Of a stretch of DNA of 64,000 bases, positions 51,270-64,000 are shown piece after piece. The DNA lies in contig NIVC01000869.1 in NCBI GenBank assembly GCA_002269645.1, positions 310,001 to 374,000 on the forward strand. The letters run 5' to 3'. The position numbers and the translations under genes are program-made. Below the pieces are notes generated by a model. The model saw only the letters and a program-made list of their open reading frames with translations, was not told the DNA's origin and did no database searches. Each line of letters opens with the position of its first letter. Position 1 is the first letter of the stretch. Source of the DNA: Macrostomum lignano. Its lineage: Eukaryota.

Positions 51270-54200
51270 TGCCAGCGGCTACCTGGTGTCTGCAGATCAA
51301 CACCCAGCACTGCGTGACGGCGTCAGTCAACCTGATGCGCACGACAGAGCAACAGCTTCCGGGCCTGGTCTTCGTACAGGAGCCCTGGATGACTAAAGGT
51401 AAGCCAAATAATGTGCCATCTGGCTACCACTGTTTTTGCATGGCGGACTCTCAGCCTCGCCCAAGATCTCTGGTCTTTGCTGCAAAAGCATTTAAGGCAT
51501 GGATGAGATCTGATCTCTCGACTGGGGACATCTGTGTTGTTCAAATCAATAACCTCATTCCAAATAAACCTGTGCTGGTAGCATCTGCCTATTTCCCAGG
51601 CGATGCCCCAGTAGTCTGCGACGCACTAGTCAACCTCATTGACTACGCCGCGTCCCGTCGGTTCGAGCTGCTCATTGCAGGGGGGCGTAAATGCACACCA
51701 CCTGCATTGGGGCAGCAAGAACACCAATAACAGAGGCGAGGAGCTGCTGGTCTACGTCAGCAGCACAAACCTCAATTTCTGTAACGTGGGATTGCACCAA
51801 CGTTCAATAATGGGCGGTGGGCCGAAGTCATCGACACCACCATCGCCTCACCCGGACTGCTTTCCGCAGTCACGGGCTGGCGAGTGTGGGACGAGGACTC
51901 ACTCTCGGATCACCGCTTCATCCGCTTATGCATTGGGCCGACCAAGCAAAAGCCTAAGGTCACTTGGAGTCGGAACGTCAGGAACACCGATTGGGCCGCC
52001 TTTGGCTCAAAGCTGAGCCGCGGCCTTCGGGATCTTGACCCCCCCAGTGACCTCTCTGACTGCCAGGTGGTGGATGATCTCGCCTCCTCCCTAGGAGGGG
52101 CGATCACCACTGCCTTTGAGGCAGCCTGCCCTCTAAAGGCCTATAAAGGCAAGAAATCTGCTCCCTGGTGGAACCCAGAGCTCGGGGCCCTTCGGTGCCG
52201 AGCCAGGACCCTCCAAAGGCGAGCGCTCAAAACCAAAGACCCATCTGATATAGAGGCCTATACCCCTGCGATCCACGAGTTTAAGGGCCAAGTCAGAAGG
52301 GCCAAGACGGCCAAGTGGCGCCAATATTGCGAAGGGCTTGAGGGCTCTCGCCCCGTAGCCCGCGTGGTTAAGGCACTCACTAATGACCGTTTTTCTAAAC
52401 TCTCTGTTGTGAAGAGACCTGATGGCTCGGTCACAGAGAGCTCGGAAGAGACTCTAGAGCTCATGCTCAACAGTTTTTCCCTAAATCTCCGACTCAGCAG
52501 GGCCCGCCCGACCACACAGTGGGAGGGCAAGGCCTAGCAAAGTCTATGATCACCAAAGACCGCATTATTAGAGCGGCAAGGTCCTTTAACCCGTTCAAGG
52601 CGCCTGGGCCCGACGGCATCTACCCAGCGTTCTTGCACGAGGCGGTGAAAAACCACCGCTTCCTGGACCTGCTCTGTCGTCTCCTTCGAGCTTGTGTGGA
52701 GCTGGGCTATGTATCAGTTGCGTGGAGAGACGCCCGGGTGGTTTTTATCCCCAAGCCTGGAAAGAGCGACTATTAATCGGTGAAGGCCTTCAGGCCTATC
52801 AGCCTCACTTCTTTCTGCCTCAAGCTCCTCGAGAAACTGGTGCTTTGGCGCCTACTTTCGGTCTAGCTGAAGCGCTTCCCACTCTCGCAGGATCACCACG
52901 CCTTTTGCGCGGGCAGGTCTACCGAGAGTGCCCTCCATGTCATTGTTGACTTCCTGGAGAGGGCCGTTCTTGGCAGCGGACTCCGCACATTTAAACTAAA
53001 GCCAAAAAAGCCCTGGTTGTCCTGGCTCAGATCAGGCGCGCCGTGGGCACCACCTGGGGGCTCACCCCCCAGGAAGCTGTGGTGGATTTACACTGCCATC
53101 ATCCGCCCCTCGATCAGTTACGCCAGCCTCGTGTGGGCTAGCGGCCTGAGCGTCAAGAGCAACCTCGACGCTCTCTACAAAATCCAGGGCAGAGCCTGCC
53201 GCATGACTATGGGCGCTCCACCCTCTACTCCTTTTGAAGGCATGAATGCCTTCCTCTGTGCCCCTCCTTTGGATATTTATATCAAAGGAGAGGCGGCGAA
53301 GAGCACCCGGCGTCTTCTGGATGCTGGGGTGGCCTTCAAGAAAGTGCGGGCCTTTAAGAAGCGGTCGCTTATCCCGCACTCTGACCTCTGCCTCAAGGCT
53401 CTCGAGGAGTGTGGCGGGCTCAACATCCTCACGGACTCGATCCCAGCCACCCTTCTCCTGAGCCAAAGGTATAAGGTCACCATTCAGCCTCGACACGAGG
53501 CGAGTGACAGCTGGAGCGACTCTGAAGTCCACTGTTACACTGACGGCTCTATGAGGCATGGTCTTTCAGGCTTCGGAGCTTGCGTCTTCTTCAAGGGAGA
53601 AGTGGTGTGGAGCTACTCCCAGCACACTGGGCTCAACTCCAGTGTTTTTCAGAGCGAGGTGCTTGCCATCAGCTCCTGCGCGGCAGAGCTGCGCCGAAGG
53701 CAGCTTAGCGGCCGGAAATTTATTTTTCACTCTGACAGCCGAGCAGCCCTTCGGGCCCTCTGCCGCAGCACCGCCAGCTCCAGGTCCGTCCTGGACTGCA
53801 ACACCCAGCTCAACGGGCTTGCGCTAGGCAACCAGGTGGAGCTCAGATGGATCCCGGGCCACGCCGGCTTCCTCGGCAACGAGCGCGCTGACCTGCTGGC
53901 CAAGGCTGGCTCCGCCGGCGCGCTTTTGGGGCCGGGCCCGGGTGCCCCCATCCCCGCCTCGGTGATCAATTCCCGCGTTAAGCGCTGGGCTGACTCCGAG
54001 CATCTCCGCAGGTGGCACGACACCCGGAATTGTAGGCAATCCCGTGCTGCCGTCCCCTGTCCCTCTCCTCTCCTGCGTAGAGCCCTCCTCAGGCTCAACC
54101 GCAGTGACCTCAGAGCAGTTAGCATGGCCCTCTCCGGGCATGGCTGCTTCTCTCGCCACCGCTTCCTTCAGGGCCAAGTACCCGAGGAGCGGTGCCCCTT

Positions 54201-54426
54201 CTGCCGCTCAGGCAGTGAAAACGCCGAGCATTTTATCTGCCACTGCCCGGTTTTCACCAGGGCCAGGCTTACTCACCTCGGGCCAAACCCGGTTCTCTCC
54301 GACGTTTGCAGGCCCGAGAGCATCCCGCTGCTCGCCCGGTACCTCAGGGACACCGGACGAGCTGATTTCTTCCCCACCGTCGGTGAGGAGGACCGCGCTG
54401 CAGGCGAGACCGACGGGTCCCCCTGA
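51269..54426 (+). pseudogene. LINE ORF2: APE + partial RT + RNase H + CCHC finger; RT core deleted, several frameshifts
   Basis: APE motifs, KAPGPDG, FRPISL; junction at about 52979 joins AVLGSG directly to the post-RT region (no LDxxxAFD/PQG/YADD); RNase H YTDGS..SEV..SDS..WIPGH..GNERAD; CPFC..AEHFICHC. Confidence 0.9.
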
Positions 54427-54541
54427 GCGACACCACTTCAACGGAAGTCGTTGGTCGCCAGGGGCTAGCGGAATGGGCGGTCTCCTCCGCCTCCTCGCTG
54501 CATCCGCCGGACGCCCCCTGCAGCTAAGTCAAGTAAGTCAA

Positions 54542-55810
54542 AGATAGCAAGCATCCTCCCAGACAGCAAGCATCCTCAGAAAGCAAGCATCCCCGAAATA
54601 GCAAGCATCCTCAGACAGCAGGCATTTCCCCAGACAGCAAGCATTCCCCTAGGTAGCAAGCATCCTGCAAATAGCAAGCATCCCCAGACAGCAAGCATCC
54701 CCCCAGGTAGCAAGCATTCCCCAAATAGCAAGTATCCTCCCAGACAGCAAGCATCCCCAGATAGCAGGCATTCCCCCAGACAGCAAGCATCCTCCCAGGT
54801 AGCAAGCATCCCCCCGATAGCAAGCATCCCCCAAGATAGCAAGCATCCTCCCAGGTAGCAAGCATCCCCAAATTATCAAGCATCCCCCAAATAGCAAGCA
54901 TTCCCAGACAGCAATAATCCCCAGATAGCAAGCATCCCCAGATAGCAAGCATCCCCAGACAGCAAGCATCCCCCCAGGTAGCAAGCATTCCCCAAATAGC
55001 AAGTATCCTCCCAGACAGCAAGCATCCCCAGATAGCAGGCATTCCCCCAGACAGCAAGCATCCTCCCAGGTAGCAAGCATCCCCAGATAGCAAGCATCCT
55101 CCCAGACAGCAAGCATCCTCAGAAAGCAAGCATCCCCCCAGGTAGCAAGCATCCCCCAAATATCAAGCATCCCCAGACAGCAAGCATCCCCAAATAGCAA
55201 GCATCCTCAGACAGCAAGCATTCCCCCAGGTAGCAAGCATCCCCCAAATATCAAGCATCCCCCAAATATCAAGCTTCCCCAGACAGCAAGCATCCCCCTA
55301 GATAGCAAGCATCCCCCAAATAGCAAGCATCCCCAGACAGCAAGCATCCTCAGAAAGCAAGCATCCCCCCAGGTAGCAAGCATCCCCCAAATAGCAAGCA
55401 TCCCCCAAATATCAAGCATCCCCCAAATATCAAGCATCCCCAGACAGCAAGCATCCCCCTAGATAGCAAGCATCCCCCAAATAGCAAGCATCCCCAGACA
55501 GCAAGCATCCTCAGAAAGCAAGCATCCCCCCAGGTAGCAAGCAACCCCCAAATAGCAAGCATCCCCTAAATAGCAAGCATCCCCAGACAGCAAGCATCCC
55601 CAGACAGCAAGCATCCTCCCAGGTAGCAAGCAACCCCCAAATAGCAAGCATCCCCTAAATAGCAAGCATCCCCAGACAGCAAGCATCCCCAGACAGCATG
55701 CATCCTCCCAGGTAGCAAGCAACCCCCAGATAGCAAGCATCCCCAGACAGCAAGCATCCCCAGACAGCAAGCATCCTCCCAGGTAGCAAGCATCCCCAGA
55801 TAGCAAGCAT
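54542..55810 (-). repeat. GATGCTTGCT satellite block inside the composite insertion
   Basis: Reverse complement of the 24-33 kb satellite. Confidence 0.97.
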
Positions 55811-55817
55811 GACCACT

Positions 55818-57485
55818 GGCCAATGACCACAGCAGATGTACACCATTGTCAGACAGGAGTCTCCTGTGGCCATTGTGACCCGAGCAATGGGTGGCCCTTT
55901 AATGCCGATATTCACCTTCGGCAAGGAGGATTTAGTTTCCAGGAAAATCTAACTGTTGATTCGGACGATGCTCAACTAGTTCAAAAAGTACTGCTTGCCT
56001 CAATTTTTGAGATCGTATGTAGATAGATCGTACGTATGAATTGAATTTCGCGCTCTAAATCCGCTAGTTTCAGTTTAAATGCAAGCTATTTGTCCACCAG
56101 CGCATTGTAGTACTCGCAGTTTCGCTAAATGTTAGGCACTCGGCCCTGCGTCAAAGTTGACCTCATTCATGCTCTGCCCTGCTAAAAGATCATTTGTTAA
56201 TCCTGTTCTCTTCAGCTCGAAATTTTACTGTATCTTCTTTATTACAATTACAAGATTATCATTGTGGCATTTGTTGGATTTCCTCAAGTTTGCGTCTGGG
56301 TGCAGAACAAGGCTGCGATCCAGCTTCCCAAGCCTGACAAGCAGCAGCTGCCAAAGCAGTGAATTGGCTTGCGCTGCCAGCGCTGCAGTCCCAACAGAGC
56401 ACACGGGGCACAACGCTGGTCGGCTCTAGACTGAATCGATCGATATTTGCAACCCTCCCCTCTCCCCGCCTCCCGCTCTGCGCGTCATTGCATTGTGAAG
56501 AGAAAAAGTCTCCGCGTTCAGGGCATTGAAATGGAAGCAGAGTTGAGGCTGAGGCGGCTGATTGGGAGGATGGGTGAGTCGGTCTCCTCCCTCCCTTCAG
56601 TCCGCGAGTCCCCCCGTTTCTCAAGAACAAGAGGCTGGTGAGGAGAATGAAGGAACAGAGGAGGCAGGGCAGGGACGGAGCTGTGGCTGCCTGACACTCG
56701 GGCTCTCTGTTTGTCTTCGCTATCGATAATAATGGAAAGGGGGCCGGTTTGAGGGGATGGAGAGGTGAGATGGGAAACGTAGCCGTGACAATGGGGAGGC
56801 TTACAGCAGTGCACTGAACTAGCGAGCAGCTGGAGATTAATGAGTGCGGACGGTACGGCTTGCTTCAGTCCCAGTTTTACGTTTTTGCTTTAGCAGCCCG
56901 CGGGCGCTGCCTATTGTTGCAGAAGCGGAAAGCCCGGAGTGACAAGGAGGAGGAAGAGATGCAGACGGCTCATGCGGATGAGATGGGATGAGATGGGGTG
57001 GGATGAGATGGGGTGGGATGAGACGGGTGGGATGACATGGGATGGAATGAGATGGGGTAGGATGAGACGGGTGGGATGGGATGGGGTGGGATGAGACGGG
57101 GTGGGATGAGACGGGTGGGATGAGGTGAGGTGAAATGAGACGGGGTGGAATGAGACGGGTTGGGATGAGACGGGGTGGGATGAGATGAGGTGAGATGAGA
57201 CGGAGTGGAATGAGACGGGTGGGATGAGATGAGGTGAGATGAGACGGGGTGGAATGAGACGGGGTGGGATGAGATGAGGTGAGATGAGACGGAGTGGAAT
57301 GAGACGGGTGGGATGAGATGAGGTGAGATGAGACGGGGTGGGATGAGACGGGGTGAAATGAGACGGGTGGGATGAGATGAGGTGAGATGAGACGGGGTGG
57401 GATGAGACGGGGTGGAATGAGACGGGGTGGGATGAGACGGGTGGGATGAGATGAGGTGAGATGAGACGGGGTGGGATGAGACGGG
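55818..57485 (-). repeat. Inverted copy of 17230-18402 plus ~510 bp of the 15-bp satellite (contains FkbM fragment ~55835-55985 on +)
   Basis: Direct reverse-complement match. Confidence 0.95.
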
Positions 57486-57559
57486 TGCATCCGCCGGACG
57501 CCCCTGCAGCTAAGTCAAGTAAGTCAAGCATTAGTCCATTTCTAAGCTAGTGCAGTAAT

Positions 57560-57742
57560 CCTTGATTTATCCAGTGCAGTCATGCTTGGTTTATCAAGTG
57601 CAGTAATGCTTGGTTTATCAAGTGCAATAATACTTGGTTTATCAAGTGCAGTAATCTTTGTTTTATCAAGTGCAGTAATGCTTGGCTTATCAAGTGCAAT
57701 AATATTTGGTTTATCAAGTGCAGTAATCCTTGGCTTATCAAG
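57560..57742. repeat. 24-bp minisatellite (GCTTGGTTTATCAAGTGCAGTAAT); degenerate continuation at 49095-49279
   Basis: About 7 copies; related AGTGCA(A/G)TAAT units lie left of the composite insertion. Confidence 0.88.
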
Positions 57743-58090
57743 CGCCAGCTATAGAGGGGGCGCCAGCTACAGAGGGGGCGCCAGTTACAGAGGGGGCGCC
57801 AACTACAGAGGGGGCGCCAGCTACAGAGGGGGCGCCAGCTACAGAGGGGGCGCCAGCTACAGAGGGGGCGCCAGCTACAGAAGGGCGCCAGCTACAGAGG
57901 GGGCGCCAGCTACAGAGGGGGCACCAGCTACAGAGGGGGCGCCAGCTACAGAGGGGGCGCCAGCTACAGAAGGGCGCCAGCTACAGAGGGGGCGCCAGCT
58001 ACAGAGGGGGCAACAGCTACAGGGGGGGCGCCAGCTACAGAGGGGGCGCCAGCTACAGAGGGGGCGCCAGCTACAGAGGGGGCGCCAGCT
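57743..58090 (+). repeat. 18-bp minisatellite GAGGGGGCGCCAGCTACA, ~19 copies
   Basis: Direct reading. Confidence 0.97.
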
Positions 58091-58605
58091 ACCTACAGAG
58101 GGTCGTCAGAGGTTCATGTGAAGTGAGTGCTTTGAAGGTGACTGCAGCTCAAATTGTCACAAGTTGCCTAATGTAGCACAAACCTTGTGCAGCAGAGTTG
58201 AGTACTCTTACTTTGTTTAGAACTCCCCTTTCCCTCTATCATCTCCCTCTAAAAAGCCATATTTCGTTACCTGCATAAAGCTTGGCTACACCTCTGTCTG
58301 TCTCCCTGCTCACTCTTCTCAACCTCACCTTCTACTAGGGTTTGATGGGCAGTACAGAAACAGAAATAGGTAGCTATGACAACCACGCTGGCCAATGAAC
58401 TGCCACCCTGACTCTAGCTGCTTCCATGTTTCTCTCCGAGAGCGCACATAGGCATTAAAATTGAGGAGCTGACTTTACTGCCCCCCCGTATTATTGTCTC
58501 ATGGAAACAATAAATGACCGCGAGCGATTCAACTCCACGGATGAAACTGTAGAAATAGATCGGTTCACGTTAGGTTGGACTATACTGTAGAGCGAGACCC
58601 GAAGC

Positions 58606-59781
58606 ATGCAAAATTGTACCAAATACTCGTATTTGAAGCCACTACTGGCGCTGATGCTTGGCAGCACCATGGCGTGGCTGCTGGTAATCACACTGCAATC
58701 GCAAGAAAGAATTCGCAGTATCAACGCCATCGAGCTTGAGCGGGGCCATGCTAAGCAAGCTGTTTTAAATCCGTCAGAGGCAGCTGCTGTCACAACTAAA
58801 GCAACAACGGCCGCAGACTTAGCGAGATCGCTAAAAACTCTGCCGCCATCGAAAGACCGCGTCATGTGTAAAAGCTTCGATGAATTGCGCAACTTGGACT
58901 TCCAGCAGACGGCGCTTCAGGACGCTCTGTGCAGCGGGGTCAAAGCATACGAGAAAAAAAACAATGGATTCCCCTTGTGCCGCCTGCCGAACCCGTTCGA
59001 TGAAAGAATCCTCGGCATCGTGCGGTCCGGCAGCGCCACCGCCGATCTGCTGGACATGAGCAATACGAAAATGAAAATGTTCGTCTACGCCGAGAAGGAC
59101 GCCATCTCCGAGGCGATCAAAAAGCATCATATTTGGGAGTCTAATTTGGTTCACGCAACTATGAGACTGGCGCAGAAGGTGCCGGATGTGACTTTCCTAG
59201 ACGCCGGCTGTAACATTGGCGTGTACAGCTTGCTGGCGGCGAGACTCGGCCTGCCCGTTGTGTCGCTGGACGCGAACATCCGCAATCTGCTGCGACTCCG
59301 CCTGAGCCTCACTGCGTCGGCACTGGACACTGTGCTCGTGTGGAACTTCATCAGCTCCGGAGACCAGCTGAGTTACCTGAACTTTCCGAGAGACTGCAAC
59401 GTCGGCGGAGCAACAAAGTTCGGTAGAGCCATCGCCGACACGATCCCCGTGATGCCAGTACGCAGCGAGCGTCTTTGCGACCACATCAAGACAAAGAATG
59501 TCGTCATCAAGCTGGACATCGAAGGCGGAGAGGCTGACTTTCTAAGGACATCCGGCTGTCTGTTTAGCCAGTTCAACGTCGCCGCAGTTCAGATGGAGTT
59601 CCTCCAAATGCACATGCAGGGCAATGACCGGGCCACCATTGTCGAGTTTTTCACTACCAGAAACTACACGTTGTGGGAGTCTGTGTCCTTCAAACCGCTG
59701 AACGTCACGACGATGAAAGCAACTGACGTGATTTGGATTCACGAAAACTTCAAGTACCTGGTGCATCCGCGCAAGCAGTGA
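58606..59781 (+). CDS. Type-II membrane FkbM-family SAM-dependent methyltransferase, 391 aa, intronless
   Basis: N-terminal TM LLALMLGSTMAWLLVITL, Ala/Thr-rich stem, SAM motif I FLDAGCNIGVYSL, VVSLDAN, VVIKLDIEGGE, VQMEF. The ORF is unbroken. Confidence 0.88.
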   Translation: MQNCTKYSYLKPLLALMLGSTMAWLLVITLQSQERIRSINAIELERGHAKQAVLNPSEAAAVTTKATTAADLARSLKTLPPSKDRVMCKSFDELRNLDFQQTALQDALCSGVKAYEKKNNGFPLCRLPNPFDERILGIVRSGSATADLLDMSNTKMKMFVYAEKDAISEAIKKHHIWESNLVHATMRLAQKVPDVTFLDAGCNIGVYSLLAARLGLPVVSLDANIRNLLRLRLSLTASALDTVLVWNFISSGDQLSYLNFPRDCNVGGATKFGRAIADTIPVMPVRSERLCDHIKTKNVVIKLDIEGGEADFLRTSGCLFSQFNVAAVQMEFLQMHMQGNDRATIVEFFTTRNYTLWESVSFKPLNVTTMKATDVIWIHENFKYLVHPRKQ

Positions 59782-60226
59782 GCGGCAAAAGATTGCCGAC
59801 CGTCGTTAAGCTGGGTCTGCCGCCGCTAAACCAGCGCTGCAAACTAACTAATCCATGGAATCTGTCCGATTTTGAAAATGCGACTAGTTTGCCACTTATT
59901 TCATTAATTGATTACAGGTGCGTTACTGCGCGGCGATAGTTATTTCCTCCGTTTTTAGGTAATTGTATAATTCTAAACATTACTCTCTACCTTGATTCCC
60001 CATGCATACATTGTTATACTGAATATTATCTTAGTAGCCTCAATAGCCTTGCGATCTGTTAAATTGTTTTTGAGCACATTTCTGAGTATATATTTACGTA
60101 ATTTAACACTAGTATCTCTTTATATCAAACTTTTTGACATTACCTGACTGCTTTGCCATTCGAAATGCCAAATATAATCATAATAAAATAAAATGACGCA
60201 ATGTTAGCGCGTGATCCATGAAAGGC

Positions 60227-61196
<970 letters not shown>

Positions 61197-61581
61197 TAAC
61201 TCTAATCTCTACACGTAATTATACTTTGGAATTCATCCGGTGGGTTTCGGATTCCATTCCAGATATCTGTACGCATAGAAGTCCTTATGCGTACAGAGTG
61301 GGACTGCTTAGTAGGACTGCTGCTTGGTGAGAGTAAATGAAACAATAAGCTTCTGTCATTCACCTCAGCCAGCGTTTTGGTTTCAAGTATGGAGAAACCA
61401 ATTCTAAAGAAGTGCACTGCAGCTCATGAATAGTAGCTGAAAACTATATGGAAGGCATTAGGGGAGACCAACACGGATGAGAATTGAGAGCTGCGATTGA
61501 AACACAATGAAACACAATGAAAACGATTGACTGTCAATTGATTGACAGAATGACTGTTCAACTTGCAGAACTCCCACAAGG

Positions 61582-62253
61582 GTGAACAGAGTGAACAGAG
61601 TGAACAGAGTGAACAGAGTGAACAGAGTGAGCAGAGTGAACAGAGTGAACAGAGTGAACAGAGTGAACAGAGTGAACAGAGTGAACAGAGTGAACAGAGT
61701 GAACAGAGTGAACAGAGTGAACAGAGTGAACAGAGTGAACAGAGTGAACAGAGTGAACAGAGTGAACAGAGTGAACAGAGTGAACAGAGTGAACAGAGTG
61801 AACAGAGTGAACAGAGTGAACAGAGTGAACAGAGTGAACAGAGTGAACAGAGTGAACAGAGTGAACAGAGTGAACAGAGTGAACAGAGTGAACAGAGTGA
61901 ACAGAGTGAACAGAGTGAACAGAGTGAACAGAGTGAACAGAGTGAACAGAGTGAACAGAGTGAACAGAGTGAGCAGAGTGAACAGAGTGAACAGAGTGAA
62001 CAGAGTGAACAGAGTGAACAGAGTGAACAGAGTGAACAGAGTGAACAGAGTGAACAGAGTGAACAGAGTGAACAGTGTGAACAGAGTGAACAGAGTGAAC
62101 AGTGTGAACAGTGTGAACAGAGTGAACAGAGTGAGCAGAGTGAACAGAGTGAACAGAGTGAGCAGAGTGAACAGAGTGAACAGAGTGAACAGAGTGAACA
62201 GAGTGAACAGAGTGAACAGAGTGAACAGAGTGAACAGAGTGAACAGAGTGAAC
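61582..62253. repeat. 9-bp minisatellite (GTGAACAGA)n, ~74 copies
   Basis: Direct reading. Confidence 0.99.
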
Positions 62254-63284
62254 ATTGCTTCCGAAGCTGATGAGAGGGTTAAGTACAGAGCCCCTATCGA
62301 ATGGGTTTTTAATATTTTTGTTAACTTTCTTCCTAAGCTTTTTCTAAACAACGTTGTTTCACTGTAGTACAAGTAACAAAGCTTTCTTTGGCTCTTTGTA
62401 CGGTAGTGTGGGCAATGCGCATGCACTGCTCTGACGTAAGGTTTATGCACAGATGACGGTGGTGCCTATGAATTTAGCGTGACCCAAACAAGGCATGGAA
62501 TAGTTATAGAAGATTAATATTTTTGCAGATAAGGTTTGCTCAGAATTGGCAAAGTGGTGAAAAGAACACCTTAGGAACGTTAGCGACAGGACAGCTATAC
62601 GAGCGTATATCATCTGCGATGCAAACTTAAAAAAAGAAGACAGTAAAAACTGCTTGGCATTGTCTGGGAAGTGTTCCCAGAGTTGGAAGTTTTTCATTCA
62701 TTCACATTGTTTAAGGTACAATAAAGTGACACAAAGTGTCACATCAATGCAGCCCGAGAGGGACTGTTGGGACGGACTGCAATGAAGAAAGCTGCAGGTC
62801 CCTGAGAGCACTGTGACGGGGTTGACGGGCAGAGAGGTGGGATGAAAGCTGTACTGGCCAATTGAAGCTGAAGCTGTATATCCCAATGCGCATTGCTGAC
62901 TGACTGACTTGTACACAAGCCGTTCTATTTTTGCTGAACCTAGTGCGAGAAAGCCAATGGCCTATCGACAGAAATTTGCTAGGCTAGAGGTGGGAAAGCA
63001 TAGATAGTTATCCCTAGGATAGAGTTTCTGAAACTCTCTTACCTTTAGAGGAACCAGAGTTGACATCTTCAAGCCGCGATAGACCTCAGTTGAGTACAGA
63101 GTGAGTTTGAAATTGAACTGTTTAACTTCCAGCCTTAAACTATTAAACAATTTTCAGACATCTCAACGAGGTGAGTAGCGTTTACAGGCAGTTTACTGCT
63201 GCAAATCTAACTCATCTAGCTGTATTATTTTTACAGTAAGCCACTCAGAAGCATTACTGAACCCGCCCATCAACACTGCAGGGG

Positions 63285-63647
63285 ATGAGGAATCACGCAA
63301 AGGCCATTTGGTTTTTCATTGTCTGTGTACTTGTTTTCCTGCTTGGCGCGCATGTTTACAGACGGGCATCGAGCCCTAAAATGGAAAATGGCTCCAGCAG
63401 CATCCGGATCTCGAAATCTGAAGCAGTTGGAGCCTCTTTGATAACTTTCGAAGCTTCTGATTCCCAAGCGACTGGCGCCCAAACCTCTGGTGCCCAAGCT
63501 TCAGCAAAGCAAACCTTGGTCAATGAAGCCTCACTAAAGCCTCCGAAAGCTCCTGTAACCCAATTCCCACAAGCCGCCCAGACCGCCGCAACAAAGCAAG
63601 TAAAGCCAAAAACGACGTGCTTCAAAGTGAAATTTTTGCAAGAGGAG
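63285..63647 (+). CDS. Probable first coding exon of a type-II membrane (Golgi-enzyme-like) protein
   Basis: ATG just after CTGCAG acceptor; TM AIWFFIVCVLVFLLGAHV; Ser/Ala/Thr/Gln/Pro-rich stem; strong phase-0 donor GAG|GTAAGT at 63647/63648. Catalytic domain not visible. Confidence 0.55.
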
Positions 63648-64000
63648 GTAAGTTTCAGGCAGGGCATTGCTTGTGGCGAGTACCAAGTGACTTCTAAATG
63701 CGCCTGTTTTTATAAATTTGCTCGTTTTTATAAAGGCGATTAACTTTGCTTGTACAGTGTGCAACCGATCGTTTTCGGTGGCTTCTGAAGGCGTCTCACG
63801 GCAACCACCTTGAATGTCTGCTATCCCCCTGCAACGACCGACAGAGGTCTTCAATGAACAGATACAATGCTTTGTAGCTTACTGTGGCTCATAGTTAGTC
63901 CCAACCAAACAGCTGCAGCAGAAGAAATGGAGATAATCTTCTCTACAGATTGGCTATATATTTTTAGCCTGGCCTGCAAACTGGCTTGGACGAGATCGGG

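Larger units (their letters stand above)
49280..57527 (+). mobile_element. Composite LINE insertion: R1/LOA-like element (49280-54541) + 2.9-kb cargo + duplicated 3' terminus
   Basis: 13-bp TSD GCATTAGTCCATT at 49267-49279 and 57528-57540. The terminal 42-43 nt (TGCATCCGCCGGACGCCCC(C)TGCAGCTAAGTCAAGTAAGTCAA) occur at both 54499-54541 and 57486-57527. Confidence 0.88.

Overview
Eukaryotic, very repeat-rich genomic DNA; an invertebrate such as a flatworm is an inference from the TE and repeat content. Roughly 40% of the window is tandem repeat: (GATA)n twice, plus 9-, 15-, 18- (two families), 20-, 22- (two families), 24-, 43- and 468-bp arrays. Most long ORFs in the track are artefacts of these arrays. 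Mobile elements: two related R1/LOA-like LINEs, four RTE-clade LINE fragments with microsatellite tails, two Penelope-like insertions carrying hammerhead ribozyme motifs, two solo-LTR-like insertions, a hAT-type MITE nested in a foldback element, a tRNA-derived SINE head and a candidate Helentron-type element. Host-gene content: one intact intronless type-II-membrane FkbM-family methyltransferase (58606-59781), a disrupted paralog (11.1-12.3 kb), two small paralog fragments, a heavily deleted alpha-amylase remnant (46.2-46.5 kb) and a probable first coding exon of another type-II membrane protein (63.3 kb). Most unusual structure 1: an 8.25-kb insertion (49280-57527) bounded by a 13-bp TSD, in which a LINE lacking its RT core and a second 42-nt copy of its own 3' end bracket 2.9 kb of satellite plus gene-fragment cargo. 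Most unusual structure 2: two distinct Penelope-like insertions with the same inverted architecture, minimal hammerheads and a conserved tail ending CACTTTACCTG. All alignments were done by eye; most coordinates are approximate to a few bases.
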